From positions 768,001 through 832,000 of the forward strand of contig CBDCYI010000011.1 of assembly GCA_965224085.1 (NCBI GenBank): a DNA stretch of 64,000 nucleotides, read 5' to 3'. Of this stretch, positions 51,914 to 59,819 are shown piece by piece (within the stretch, counting starts at the first letter, position 1; every line of letters starts with the position of its first letter). Made by a program: the position numbers and the translations under genes. Origin of the DNA: Candidatus Marinacidobacterales bacterium (GTDB lineage: Bacteria; Acidobacteriota; Vicinamibacteria; Marinacidobacterales; SMYC01). The notes under the pieces are model-generated. The model saw only the letters and a list, made by a program, of their open reading frames with translations, was not told where the DNA came from and searched no databases.

Positions 51914-52800
51914 GCGCGAGCGCCCGGGTCGAGCTTCGCGCCCTCGACGATCTCTGGTTCCAAATCTCGGGAACGCTGTGCAATCTGACGTGCCACCACT
52001 GTTTCATCTCGTGTGGTCCGACGAACCATACGTTCGAGTTCCTCTCCCGTGAGGCCGTGCTCCTCGCACTCGAAGAGTCTCGGGAGCTCGGCGTCAAGGA
52101 GTATTACTTCACGGGGGGAGAGCCTTTCATACACCCGGACATGGTCGAGATTCTCGAGCGCACCCTGGAGCTCGGTCCGGCGACCGTGCTCACGAACGGG
52201 ACGTTGTTGAAACCGGAGGCCGCCGCCCGGCTGCAGCGGGCCGAGGCGCGATCGCCCTACAGCCTGGAGTTTCGGGTGAGCATCGACGGCTACTCGAGCG
52301 AGACGAACGATCCCATTCGCGGGGACGGGACGTTCGTGCGCGCGATGGCCGGTGTGCGGCTTCTTCTGCAGTACGGCTTCCTCCCGATCATCACCGTGGC
52401 GCAAACCTGGGACGACGATCGCAACGACGACGTCTTCGCGCGTTTCGTGAGCGTGCTGCGAGATGCAGGATACGAGCGCCCCCGAGTGAAGATCATTCCG
52501 ACCTTGCGGATCGGCGCCGAGGTCGAACGCAATCGCGGCTATCACCCGTCGGAGAAGGTGACCGTGGAGATGCTTGAGGACTTCGACGTCTCTCAGCTCA
52601 TCTGCACCCACTCGCGGATCGTGACCGAGAAGGGCGTCTACGTCTGCCCCATCCTCATCGACTCGCCGGAAGCCCGCATAGGAACGACCCTGTCCGAGTC
52701 GCTCGGCTCCTATCCGCTCGCGCATGGAGCCTGCTACACCTGCTATGTAGGCGGCGCCATTTGCAGCAATGTGAGCGCGGGAGGTGGCGATGCAGCCTGA
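51910..52800 (+). CDS. Radical SAM enzyme with Cys-rich C-terminus
   Basis: CNLTCHHC, FTGGEP, LTNG; C-terminal C..CP..CYTC....C; GTGA overlap. Confidence 0.9.
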   Translation: MSASARVELRALDDLWFQISGTLCNLTCHHCFISCGPTNHTFEFLSREAVLLALEESRELGVKEYYFTGGEPFIHPDMVEILERTLELGPATVLTNGTLLKPEAAARLQRAEARSPYSLEFRVSIDGYSSETNDPIRGDGTFVRAMAGVRLLLQYGFLPIITVAQTWDDDRNDDVFARFVSVLRDAGYERPRVKIIPTLRIGAEVERNRGYHPSEKVTVEMLEDFDVSQLICTHSRIVTEKGVYVCPILIDSPEARIGTTLSESLGSYPLAHGACYTCYVGGAICSNVSAGGGDAA

Positions 52801-53584
52801 GCGCTTCGAGAGAATCGCCGCTCTCGGCGGCGTCTACAGCAACCATATCGCCCTCGAGGCCGCCATTGCCGACGCCCGCCGGCGCGACGTCGACGCCATC
52901 TTCTGTCTCGGGGATCTCGGCGCCTTCGGGCCACACCCCGACAAGACGTTTCCTTTGTTGCTCGAAGCGGGCGTACGGGTGATGCAGGGGAACTACGACA
53001 ACTCCATCGGGCGAGGACTCAACGACTGCCAGTGCGGGTACACCGACGCCCGCGACAACTTCTTCGCGAAGATTTCGTACGACTACACCTTCGACCGGAC
53101 TTCGGACCGATGGAAGTCGTGGCTGCGATCCCTCCCGGAGTCGATCCGCATCGAGCTCGGCGGCTACCGGGTGCTCATGAGCCACGGCTCGCCTCGAAAG
53201 ATGAACGAGTTCCTCTGGGAGTCCACGACCCCGACGCATTTTCTCGAGAAGATGGTGGAGTCGCATCACGCCGACGTGGTGCTGGCCACGCATACCGGTC
53301 TTCACTGGAAGCGCGAGCTTCCCGGCGACCGGCACTTCGTCAACGTCGGTGTCGTAGGGCGGCCTGCCAACGATGGACGGACCAACGTCTGGTACACGAT
53401 TCTCGACGCCAGCAACGGCTTCGACGCCGAGTTCGTTCCCGTGGACTACGACCACGAGAGCCTGGCGCTTGAGATGAAGCAGGAGGGTCTCCCGGTGGAG
53501 TTCATCGATACGATCCGGCACGGATGGTGGACCACCTGCCTCGAGATTCTCCCGGCGAAAGAGCGAAAGAAAGGAAGCTTCTGA
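52790..53584 (+). CDS. Metallophosphoesterase-fold protein with a degenerate metal site and a CxC motif
   Basis: LGDL, GNYD, HGSP, NVG; DxH replaced by GVY; DCQCGY. Confidence 0.8.
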   Translation: MQPERFERIAALGGVYSNHIALEAAIADARRRDVDAIFCLGDLGAFGPHPDKTFPLLLEAGVRVMQGNYDNSIGRGLNDCQCGYTDARDNFFAKISYDYTFDRTSDRWKSWLRSLPESIRIELGGYRVLMSHGSPRKMNEFLWESTTPTHFLEKMVESHHADVVLATHTGLHWKRELPGDRHFVNVGVVGRPANDGRTNVWYTILDASNGFDAEFVPVDYDHESLALEMKQEGLPVEFIDTIRHGWWTTCLEILPAKERKKGSF

Positions 53585-54750
53585 TGGCGACAACCGAGAT
53601 GAACCCTGAACGAGCCGTGAAGTCGCGTTACTCGCAGGCGGCATCGGCGCGTGAGCGAGAGCTCTGCTGTCCCGTGGACTACGACCTGCGATACCTGTCG
53701 GTCATTCCTGAAGAGATCCTCGAGCGGGACTACGGCTGCGGGGACCCTTCGAAGCACTTGCGCTCGGGAGAAACAGTTCTGGACCTCGGAAGCGGTGGCG
53801 GCAAGATTTGCTACATCGCGTCTCAGGTGGTGGGGCCGAAAGGCCGCGTCATCGGCGTCGACATGAACGACGACATGCTCGCGCTGGCGCGCAACTACCG
53901 TCAGAGCATCGGGGACGCGCTCGGCTTTCACAACGTCGAGCTCCGCAAAGGCAAGATTCAAGACCTCGCTCTCGATCAAGAAGGGCTCGAGGCCCATCTC
54001 GCGGCTTATCCGGTACGTACCCTCGAGGAGCTCGAGGCCGTGGGCCGCTGGAAAGAGAAGGAGCGGAAGGAGAACCCGATGATTCCGTCGGCCTCAATCG
54101 ACGTCGTGGTGAGCAACTGCGTGCTCAACCTCGTCGGCCCGCAGTCGAAATCCGAGCTCTTCCGCGAGATGCATCGTGTCCTGAAGAGGGGTGGACGCGT
54201 CGTCATCTCCGACATCGTGAGCGACGAAGACGTGCCCGAGCACTTGCAGGCCGACCCCGATCTCTGGAGCGGCTGCATTTCCGGCGCGTTTCGTGAAGAC
54301 CTGTTCTTGAAGGCATTCGAGGAAGCCGGGTTCTACGGCGTCGAGATCCTCTCGCGTGACGAAAGACCTTGGCAGAGCGTCGAGGGCATCGAGTTCCGCG
54401 CGCTCACGGTCCGAGCCTTCAAGGGGAAGGAAGGCCCGTGCCTCGAGCGCGATCAAGCCGTGATCTACAAAGGGCCATGGCGGAGCGTCACCGACGATGA
54501 TGGGCACGCGCTTTTTCGAGGCCAACGCATGGCGGTCTGCGACAAGACTTTCAACATTTACAAATCCGAGCCCTACGCAGCGGACATCGAAGCCGTAGAG
54601 CCTTACGAGGAGATTCCTCTTTCAGAAGCGGCGCCGTTCGATTGCCGGAAGGACGCGGTGCGCCATGCGCGGGAGACCAAGGGGCTCGACTACGATGCCA
54701 CCGAGACAACCGACGCGCCGTACTGCGGACCCGACGGTAACTGCTGCTGA
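53584..54750 (+). CDS. arsM: ArsM-like SAM-dependent (arsenite) methyltransferase, long form
   Basis: LCCP, YGCGDP, LDLGSGGG, SNCVLNL, WSGCISGA, terminal CC; TGATG overlap. Confidence 0.75.
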   Translation: MATTEMNPERAVKSRYSQAASARERELCCPVDYDLRYLSVIPEEILERDYGCGDPSKHLRSGETVLDLGSGGGKICYIASQVVGPKGRVIGVDMNDDMLALARNYRQSIGDALGFHNVELRKGKIQDLALDQEGLEAHLAAYPVRTLEELEAVGRWKEKERKENPMIPSASIDVVVSNCVLNLVGPQSKSELFREMHRVLKRGGRVVISDIVSDEDVPEHLQADPDLWSGCISGAFREDLFLKAFEEAGFYGVEILSRDERPWQSVEGIEFRALTVRAFKGKEGPCLERDQAVIYKGPWRSVTDDDGHALFRGQRMAVCDKTFNIYKSEPYAADIEAVEPYEEIPLSEAAPFDCRKDAVRHARETKGLDYDATETTDAPYCGPDGNCC

Positions 54751-54772
54751 CGGCTGGAAAAGCCATGGAAAG

Positions 54773-55516
54773 CTAACTCTCGAGTACATCGTACCGATTC
54801 AAATCGTCGTCGCCTAGAAAACTCTCCACCCAACGAAGCGGCAGCTCGCGGCTAAGTGCCTCCGATTCCTCTTCGCTCGCCGCATGACAATAACGGTACG
54901 CGGCGGGGACGCCCCACGTCATGATGTGATCGCCAAGCTCGAACTCGCCGGGATCCAGCGTTTCCGATGACACCCCGAGGTAGTCCTCCCAGTGCACCAG
55001 CTTCTTGACAAAGCGCGGGAACTGGTCGAACCGCCAAGCCGTATACACCAACACGCCTCTGGAAGCCACACGCGCCGAAACCTCGGTGAGCAGTTTCAAA
55101 CGGCGTGCTCCCCCAGGCACGTGGTGCAGCACGCCAAACAAAACGACCAGATCGAACGTGGCCGACGCGAGCGCATCGGGCAGGAGCTCGGGCCCCGTGA
55201 TAAAGTCGTGCTTGTAAAGCTCGACGGCGTCGAGCTCCGCAAGCCGGGGACGGGCATGCTCCAGTGCAAGACCGCTCGCATCGACGCCGACATAAGTGAA
55301 CCGCATACCGCGCTGCGCCATAAAACGCGCAAAGCGACCGTTACCGCAGCCGAGATCGAGGACCCTGGGCTGAGCTTTCAGCCGAGACCCGATGCGGTCG
55401 AAGAGCACGTCCCACCCCCGCCACGCGCGCTCACGCGTTTGGTTGAACTCGTCCGCGCGCTCGGCGTAAAAACGCCGGTTGATCGCGTTGAGCTTCCGGA
55501 CCGTCTCCTCGTTCAT
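54773..55516 (-). CDS. Class I SAM-dependent methyltransferase
   Basis: VLDLGCGNGRF, GVLHH. Confidence 0.85.
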   Translation of the reverse strand: MNEETVRKLNAINRRFYAERADEFNQTRERAWRGWDVLFDRIGSRLKAQPRVLDLGCGNGRFARFMAQRGMRFTYVGVDASGLALEHARPRLAELDAVELYKHDFITGPELLPDALASATFDLVVLFGVLHHVPGGARRLKLLTEVSARVASRGVLVYTAWRFDQFPRFVKKLVHWEDYLGVSSETLDPGEFELGDHIMTWGVPAAYRYCHAASEEESEALSRELPLRWVESFLGDDDLNRYDVLES

Positions 55517-55935
55517 GGCTCAGTCGTGGGCGGCTTGCGGCCTTCGCGCGGTGTGATCACGACACCCGGAAGCGCCCACGTGAGCGCGCCATCCGTAACG
55601 ACGAACGCGCCGCCGACGAGCACGTGGACGACGCCTTCCGCGTCCTCCGATCTCAATCCGTCCGTGCGGCGGCCGTCCGCATGAGAATGCAGATCGATGA
55701 ATCCTGGAGCCACGGTGAGACCGTTGAGATCCATCCGGCGCGCGGCGGATCGACCTTTGAGATCGCCGACGGCAACGATGAGGCCGTTTCGGATCCCGAT
55801 ATCCGCCTCGAACCACGGATTGCCCGTGCCGTCGATGACGTGCGCATCCGAAAGCACGAGATCGAACTCCTGCGCAGCCGCAGTGTCGCCGATGAATAGT
55901 AGGAGAACCCACCAAAGCAGCGCGTTTTTCTGCAT
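55513..55935 (-). pseudogene. N-acyl-D-amino-acid deacylase with an in-frame internal deletion
   Basis: IDGTG, APGFIDLHSH joined directly to the C-terminal GVVHVLV.G..PG. Confidence 0.75.
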
Positions 55936-55964
55936 GACGGCGAAGTTTATCGCATAATACTCCG

Positions 55965-58730
55965 ATGACAGACGAAACGAGCGGGGAGCGAAAGAAGAAC
56001 GAGCGCCTTCGCGCGGATGTTCAAACGTTGGGACGCCTTCTCGGCGCGACGTTGAAGCGGCATGGCGGCCGCGAGCTCTTTGGGGTCGAAGAAAAAGTGC
56101 GCGCGCTCAGCAAATCGCTTCGAGCGAAGCCCGATTCGGCCCGTGAGAAAGAGCTCTTGACGCTCCTGCGCGGTCTCGATATCGACGAAGCGAACGGCGT
56201 CATCCGCGCGTTCTCGGTCTATTTCCAGCTCGTGAACATCGCCGAACAACATCATCGGATCCGCCGCCGGCGCTACTACGCTCTGCACACGCCGAACCGC
56301 CCACAGGCGGGCTCGCTCGCCGATTGTTTCGAGCGCCTGCAAACCTCTGGCCGCAAGCCTGCGGATATTCGCGAGGTGATCGAGGGGCTCGAGATTATGC
56401 CGGTCATGACGGCACACCCGACCGAAGCTACCCGCAGGAGCCTCCTTGAAAAACATCGCCGTATCGCCGATTTACTCTCCGATCTCGATCGCGCCGATCT
56501 TCCCGAGCCGATGCAGGAGGAAGCCGTCGCCGAACTAGAGCGAGAAGTCGAATCGATCTGGCTCACCGACGAGCTGCGCCAGTTCCAGCCGAGCGTTCTC
56601 GACGAAGTGGCCTATACGCTCTATTACTTTGACGCTGTGCTCTTCGATGCCGTGCCGGATTATCTCGAACAGCTCCACCGGGCGGCGCGCCGCGTGCCAC
56701 GCTTGAAGCTTCCGCGAGACCTAGCGCCCATGCGTTTCGGGACTTGGGTCGGAGGCGATCGGGACGGCAATCCGAACGTCACGCCCGAGACGACCTGGAC
56801 AGCGTTGCAGCTTCAGCGAGGCTTGCTGCTCTCGAAATATATCGATGCTATCGACGACATAGCGGGCCGTGTGAGTGAGTCTTCTAGATTCTGCCCGCCG
56901 CTCGAGCGGCTTTCGGTGAGCCTGGCCGCCGACGCGGCCGAGCTTCCCGAAATAGCACTGCTGGTCGAATCGCGGAATCAAGAAGAGCCCTATCGGCAGA
57001 AGCTCGGTTACGTGCGCGAGCGGCTCGAGCGAGCTCTGAACGAAGAAGAAGGCTGCTACGTGTCCGAAGACGCGCTTTACGACGATCTGGATCAAATACG
57101 CGAGAGTCTCGAAGCGGGATCGTCCCGCTCTGTGGCGCTCGTCGAGCGCCTCCTGATGCAAGTTGCAACCTTTGGTCTCCATCTCGCGACACTCGACTTG
57201 CGCCAGCACAGCGCGCGTCACACGGACGCCGTCGCCGAGCTCGCGCGCGCGGCAGGCGTGGAACACTACGCTCTGATGAGCGCGATCGAACGCACGGATT
57301 GGCTGACGGCGGAGCTCGCTACCGGGCGCCTTCTCGCATCGCCCTACACTCCGTTGAGTGCAGAGACGACGGAGACGCTCGGCGTTTTCGCTGTTGCTCG
57401 GAGAGCCCTCGACGAGATCGGCGATAAAGCCATCGGCACCTATATCGTCAGCATGACTCGCGACGTGAGCGACCTTCTAGCAGTGCTCGCGCTTGCCAAA
57501 GAAGCCGGCCTCTATGCCCCGGCGACGGAGACAAGTCCGGTGCTTGCGCGGATTTCGGTGACGCCGCTCTTCGAGACGATCGACGATCTGCGGCAAGCGC
57601 CAGCGGTGCTCACGCGACTCTTCCAAAATCCCGCCTATGCGCAGGTCTTGAAAGCTCAGGGGAACCTGCAGGAGGTCATGCTCGGCTATTCCGATAGCAG
57701 CAAGGATGGCGGCATCCTCACGTCGAGCTGGGAGCTCTACAAAGCGCAAGAGGCGCTCACTGACGTCGCGCGGACGCACGGCGTCGAGCTCCGCCTTTTT
57801 CACGGACGCGGCGGGACGGTGGGGCGCGGTGGCGGACCGAGCCACCGGGCCATTCTCGCGCAGCCGCCAGGTACGGTTGGCGGCCGCATCAAGATCACAG
57901 AGCAAGGCGAGGTCATCTCGTCCAAGTACGAATTTCCCGAGATCGCGCTCCGCAGCATGGAGCTCGTGACTTCGGCGGTGATCGAAGCGAGCTTGCCGCG
58001 GACGCGCAAAAGGCGCCGGCCGGAACGTTTTGTCGAGGTCATGGAAGCGCTTTCCGAAAGTGCGAACGACGCTTATCGCGACGTCGTGCACGAGTTGCCG
58101 GGCTTTACGGATTACTTCAACGAGGCGACGCCCGTCGGAGAGCTCGCACACTTGCGTATCGGCTCGCGGCCGGCGCGGCGGAAAAAGCGCTCGAAGGGCA
58201 TCGGAGATTTGAGAGCCATTCCGTGGGTCTTTGGCTGGACGCAGAGCCGACATCTACTGCCCGGATGGCTGGGCGTCGGCCGCGCCCTCGCACAGTTCAT
58301 TGAGGACGACCCGAAGGAGAACCTCGCGCTTCTGCGCGAGATGAATCAGAAATGGCACTATTTCGGAAGCACTTTGTCCAACATCGAGATGGCGCTCGCG
58401 AAAGCGGATTTTCAAATCGCGCGGCAATATGCCGAGCGTCTCGCAGACCGCAAACGCCGTCACATCTTCACGCGTCTCGAAAAGGAATACCAAGAGACGC
58501 GTGATCTTGTCTTGAAGGTGACCGAGCAACCTGAGCTTCTTGCTTTAAGCCCGGTGCTCAGGCGCTCCATCGACGTCCGGAACCCTTATGTCGACCCGAT
58601 GAGCTACCTTCAGGTCGAGCTTCTGGCGCGCTACCGGCGTGCCAAGACGCGCGCGTCACAGGACGCCTATCTCTACGCTATTCTTCTTTCGATCAACGGG
58701 ATTGCTGCAGGGCTCCGCAATACGGGATGA
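55965..58730 (+). CDS. ppc: Phosphoenolpyruvate carboxylase
   Basis: TAHPTE, GGDRDGNP, MLGYSDS.KDGG, FHGRGG, LRAIPW, RNTG. Confidence 0.97.
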   Translation: MTDETSGERKKNERLRADVQTLGRLLGATLKRHGGRELFGVEEKVRALSKSLRAKPDSAREKELLTLLRGLDIDEANGVIRAFSVYFQLVNIAEQHHRIRRRRYYALHTPNRPQAGSLADCFERLQTSGRKPADIREVIEGLEIMPVMTAHPTEATRRSLLEKHRRIADLLSDLDRADLPEPMQEEAVAELEREVESIWLTDELRQFQPSVLDEVAYTLYYFDAVLFDAVPDYLEQLHRAARRVPRLKLPRDLAPMRFGTWVGGDRDGNPNVTPETTWTALQLQRGLLLSKYIDAIDDIAGRVSESSRFCPPLERLSVSLAADAAELPEIALLVESRNQEEPYRQKLGYVRERLERALNEEEGCYVSEDALYDDLDQIRESLEAGSSRSVALVERLLMQVATFGLHLATLDLRQHSARHTDAVAELARAAGVEHYALMSAIERTDWLTAELATGRLLASPYTPLSAETTETLGVFAVARRALDEIGDKAIGTYIVSMTRDVSDLLAVLALAKEAGLYAPATETSPVLARISVTPLFETIDDLRQAPAVLTRLFQNPAYAQVLKAQGNLQEVMLGYSDSSKDGGILTSSWELYKAQEALTDVARTHGVELRLFHGRGGTVGRGGGPSHRAILAQPPGTVGGRIKITEQGEVISSKYEFPEIALRSMELVTSAVIEASLPRTRKRRRPERFVEVMEALSESANDAYRDVVHELPGFTDYFNEATPVGELAHLRIGSRPARRKKRSKGIGDLRAIPWVFGWTQSRHLLPGWLGVGRALAQFIEDDPKENLALLREMNQKWHYFGSTLSNIEMALAKADFQIARQYAERLADRKRRHIFTRLEKEYQETRDLVLKVTEQPELLALSPVLRRSIDVRNPYVDPMSYLQVELLARYRRAKTRASQDAYLYAILLSINGIAAGLRNTG

Positions 58731-58748
58731 AGTTTTGAGTACGGGCGA

Positions 58749-58914
58749 CTATGGTATGTTCCACTCCCAACTCACGCCGAGGCGTACGGACCGACCGAGC
58801 GCAGGGTATCCGAGAACTTCCTCATATTGATGGTCGAACAAGTTCTCCGTCACGACATAGGCCTTGAGGCCGCGCGCTAGAGGCGACGCGTGATCGAAAG
58901 TCGAATCGCGAGTA
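58749..58914 (-). pseudogene. C-terminal remnant of a TonB-dependent receptor
   Basis: ENLFDHQYEEVLGYPALGRSVRLGVSW. Confidence 0.6.
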
Positions 58915-59064
58915 GGCCTCGATCCCGATATGAGCTACCTCGTCGTGAAGCTCGAGGCAAGGCAGGTGGCAGGTTCTGCGATGCCGCAAGGAGCCGCGCC
59001 ACTCGACGCGATCGACCTGGCGAATATTCGGAACTGGATCCTGCAGGGAGCAGAAAACAACTAG
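58915..59064 (+). pseudogene. C-terminal remnant of a cytochrome c-like domain
   Basis: DP..SYLVVKL..MP..IRNWILQGAENN*. Confidence 0.55.
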
Positions 59065-59137
59065 ATGTTCCGTCGTCGGAGCCTCCACGTGATACCCCTC
59101 CTGTATCCGTAGCCAGTGGTGGGATCGACGTCTATGA

Positions 59138-59180
59138 ACGGGGGCGGAGGGTAAAGGCCACCCGCTCCCGTCTTTTTTTT
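59138..59180 (+). terminator. Rho-independent terminator
   Basis: ACGGGGGCGG / CCGCTCCCGT stem followed by T8. Confidence 0.7.
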
Positions 59181-59290
59181 GCTCGCCGTCCCGGGCATTG
59201 AACTTGGCATGGCTCGTGCTTTTCTTCTTGACACGCGCGCCACGCTCCGTTTTGTCTACTATGAAGGACATACGGAAGAGGAGAAGAGAC

Positions 59291-59806
59291 ATGAGCTGGA
59301 AAACCCTGACCCTGACCTTTACCTTGACGGGTGTGCTCGCTACCTTGCCCGCCTCGACCGGGGCCCAAGACTCGAAAGGCATTCGTTTGTACAAGGAAGG
59401 CAAGTTCGGAGCGGCTGCGAGCGCCCTGAAGATTCAAGTAGAAAACGAGGCGACCAACGAGCTCGCCTTGACCTACCTCGGTCTTGCGCGGGTTCACTCA
59501 GGGGACGCCCCCGGTGCTTTTGAGCCTTTGAGAAAAGCCATCCAGCTCAACGAGAAAAACGCCCAAGCCCATTACGGATTGGGGCTCGCGAGCGCCAAGC
59601 TAGACAAGCTCGACGACGCCATTTTCGAGCTCGAGAAAACCTGTGGGCTCGCCCCGGATGACGCCTATGCCCACTACCATCTCGGGATGGCTTACAACCA
59701 CAAAGGCAAGAAGGACCTTGCCATCCCTCATCTGCGCCGCTTCGTCGAGCTAAACCCCGAGGCGCCCGAGGCGCCGGCGGTCCGGTCGTTCCTGTCACGC
59801 TTGTGA
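59291..59806 (+). CDS. Secreted TPR protein
   Basis: Signal peptide; AHYxLG TPR repeats. Confidence 0.85.
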   Translation: MSWKTLTLTFTLTGVLATLPASTGAQDSKGIRLYKEGKFGAAASALKIQVENEATNELALTYLGLARVHSGDAPGAFEPLRKAIQLNEKNAQAHYGLGLASAKLDKLDDAIFELEKTCGLAPDDAYAHYHLGMAYNHKGKKDLAIPHLRRFVELNPEAPEAPAVRSFLSRL

Positions 59807-59819
59807 TCGAAACGCTCGG

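Noticed and set aside
54742-54800. Selenocysteine read-through at the CC-TGA end of the ArsM-like gene
   Set aside because: No convincing SECIS hairpin, and read-through would run into the convergent gene; terminal CC is common in ArsM
59064-59140. Possible ncRNA or riboswitch before the terminator
   Set aside because: No recognisable consensus; would need an Rfam/Infernal search
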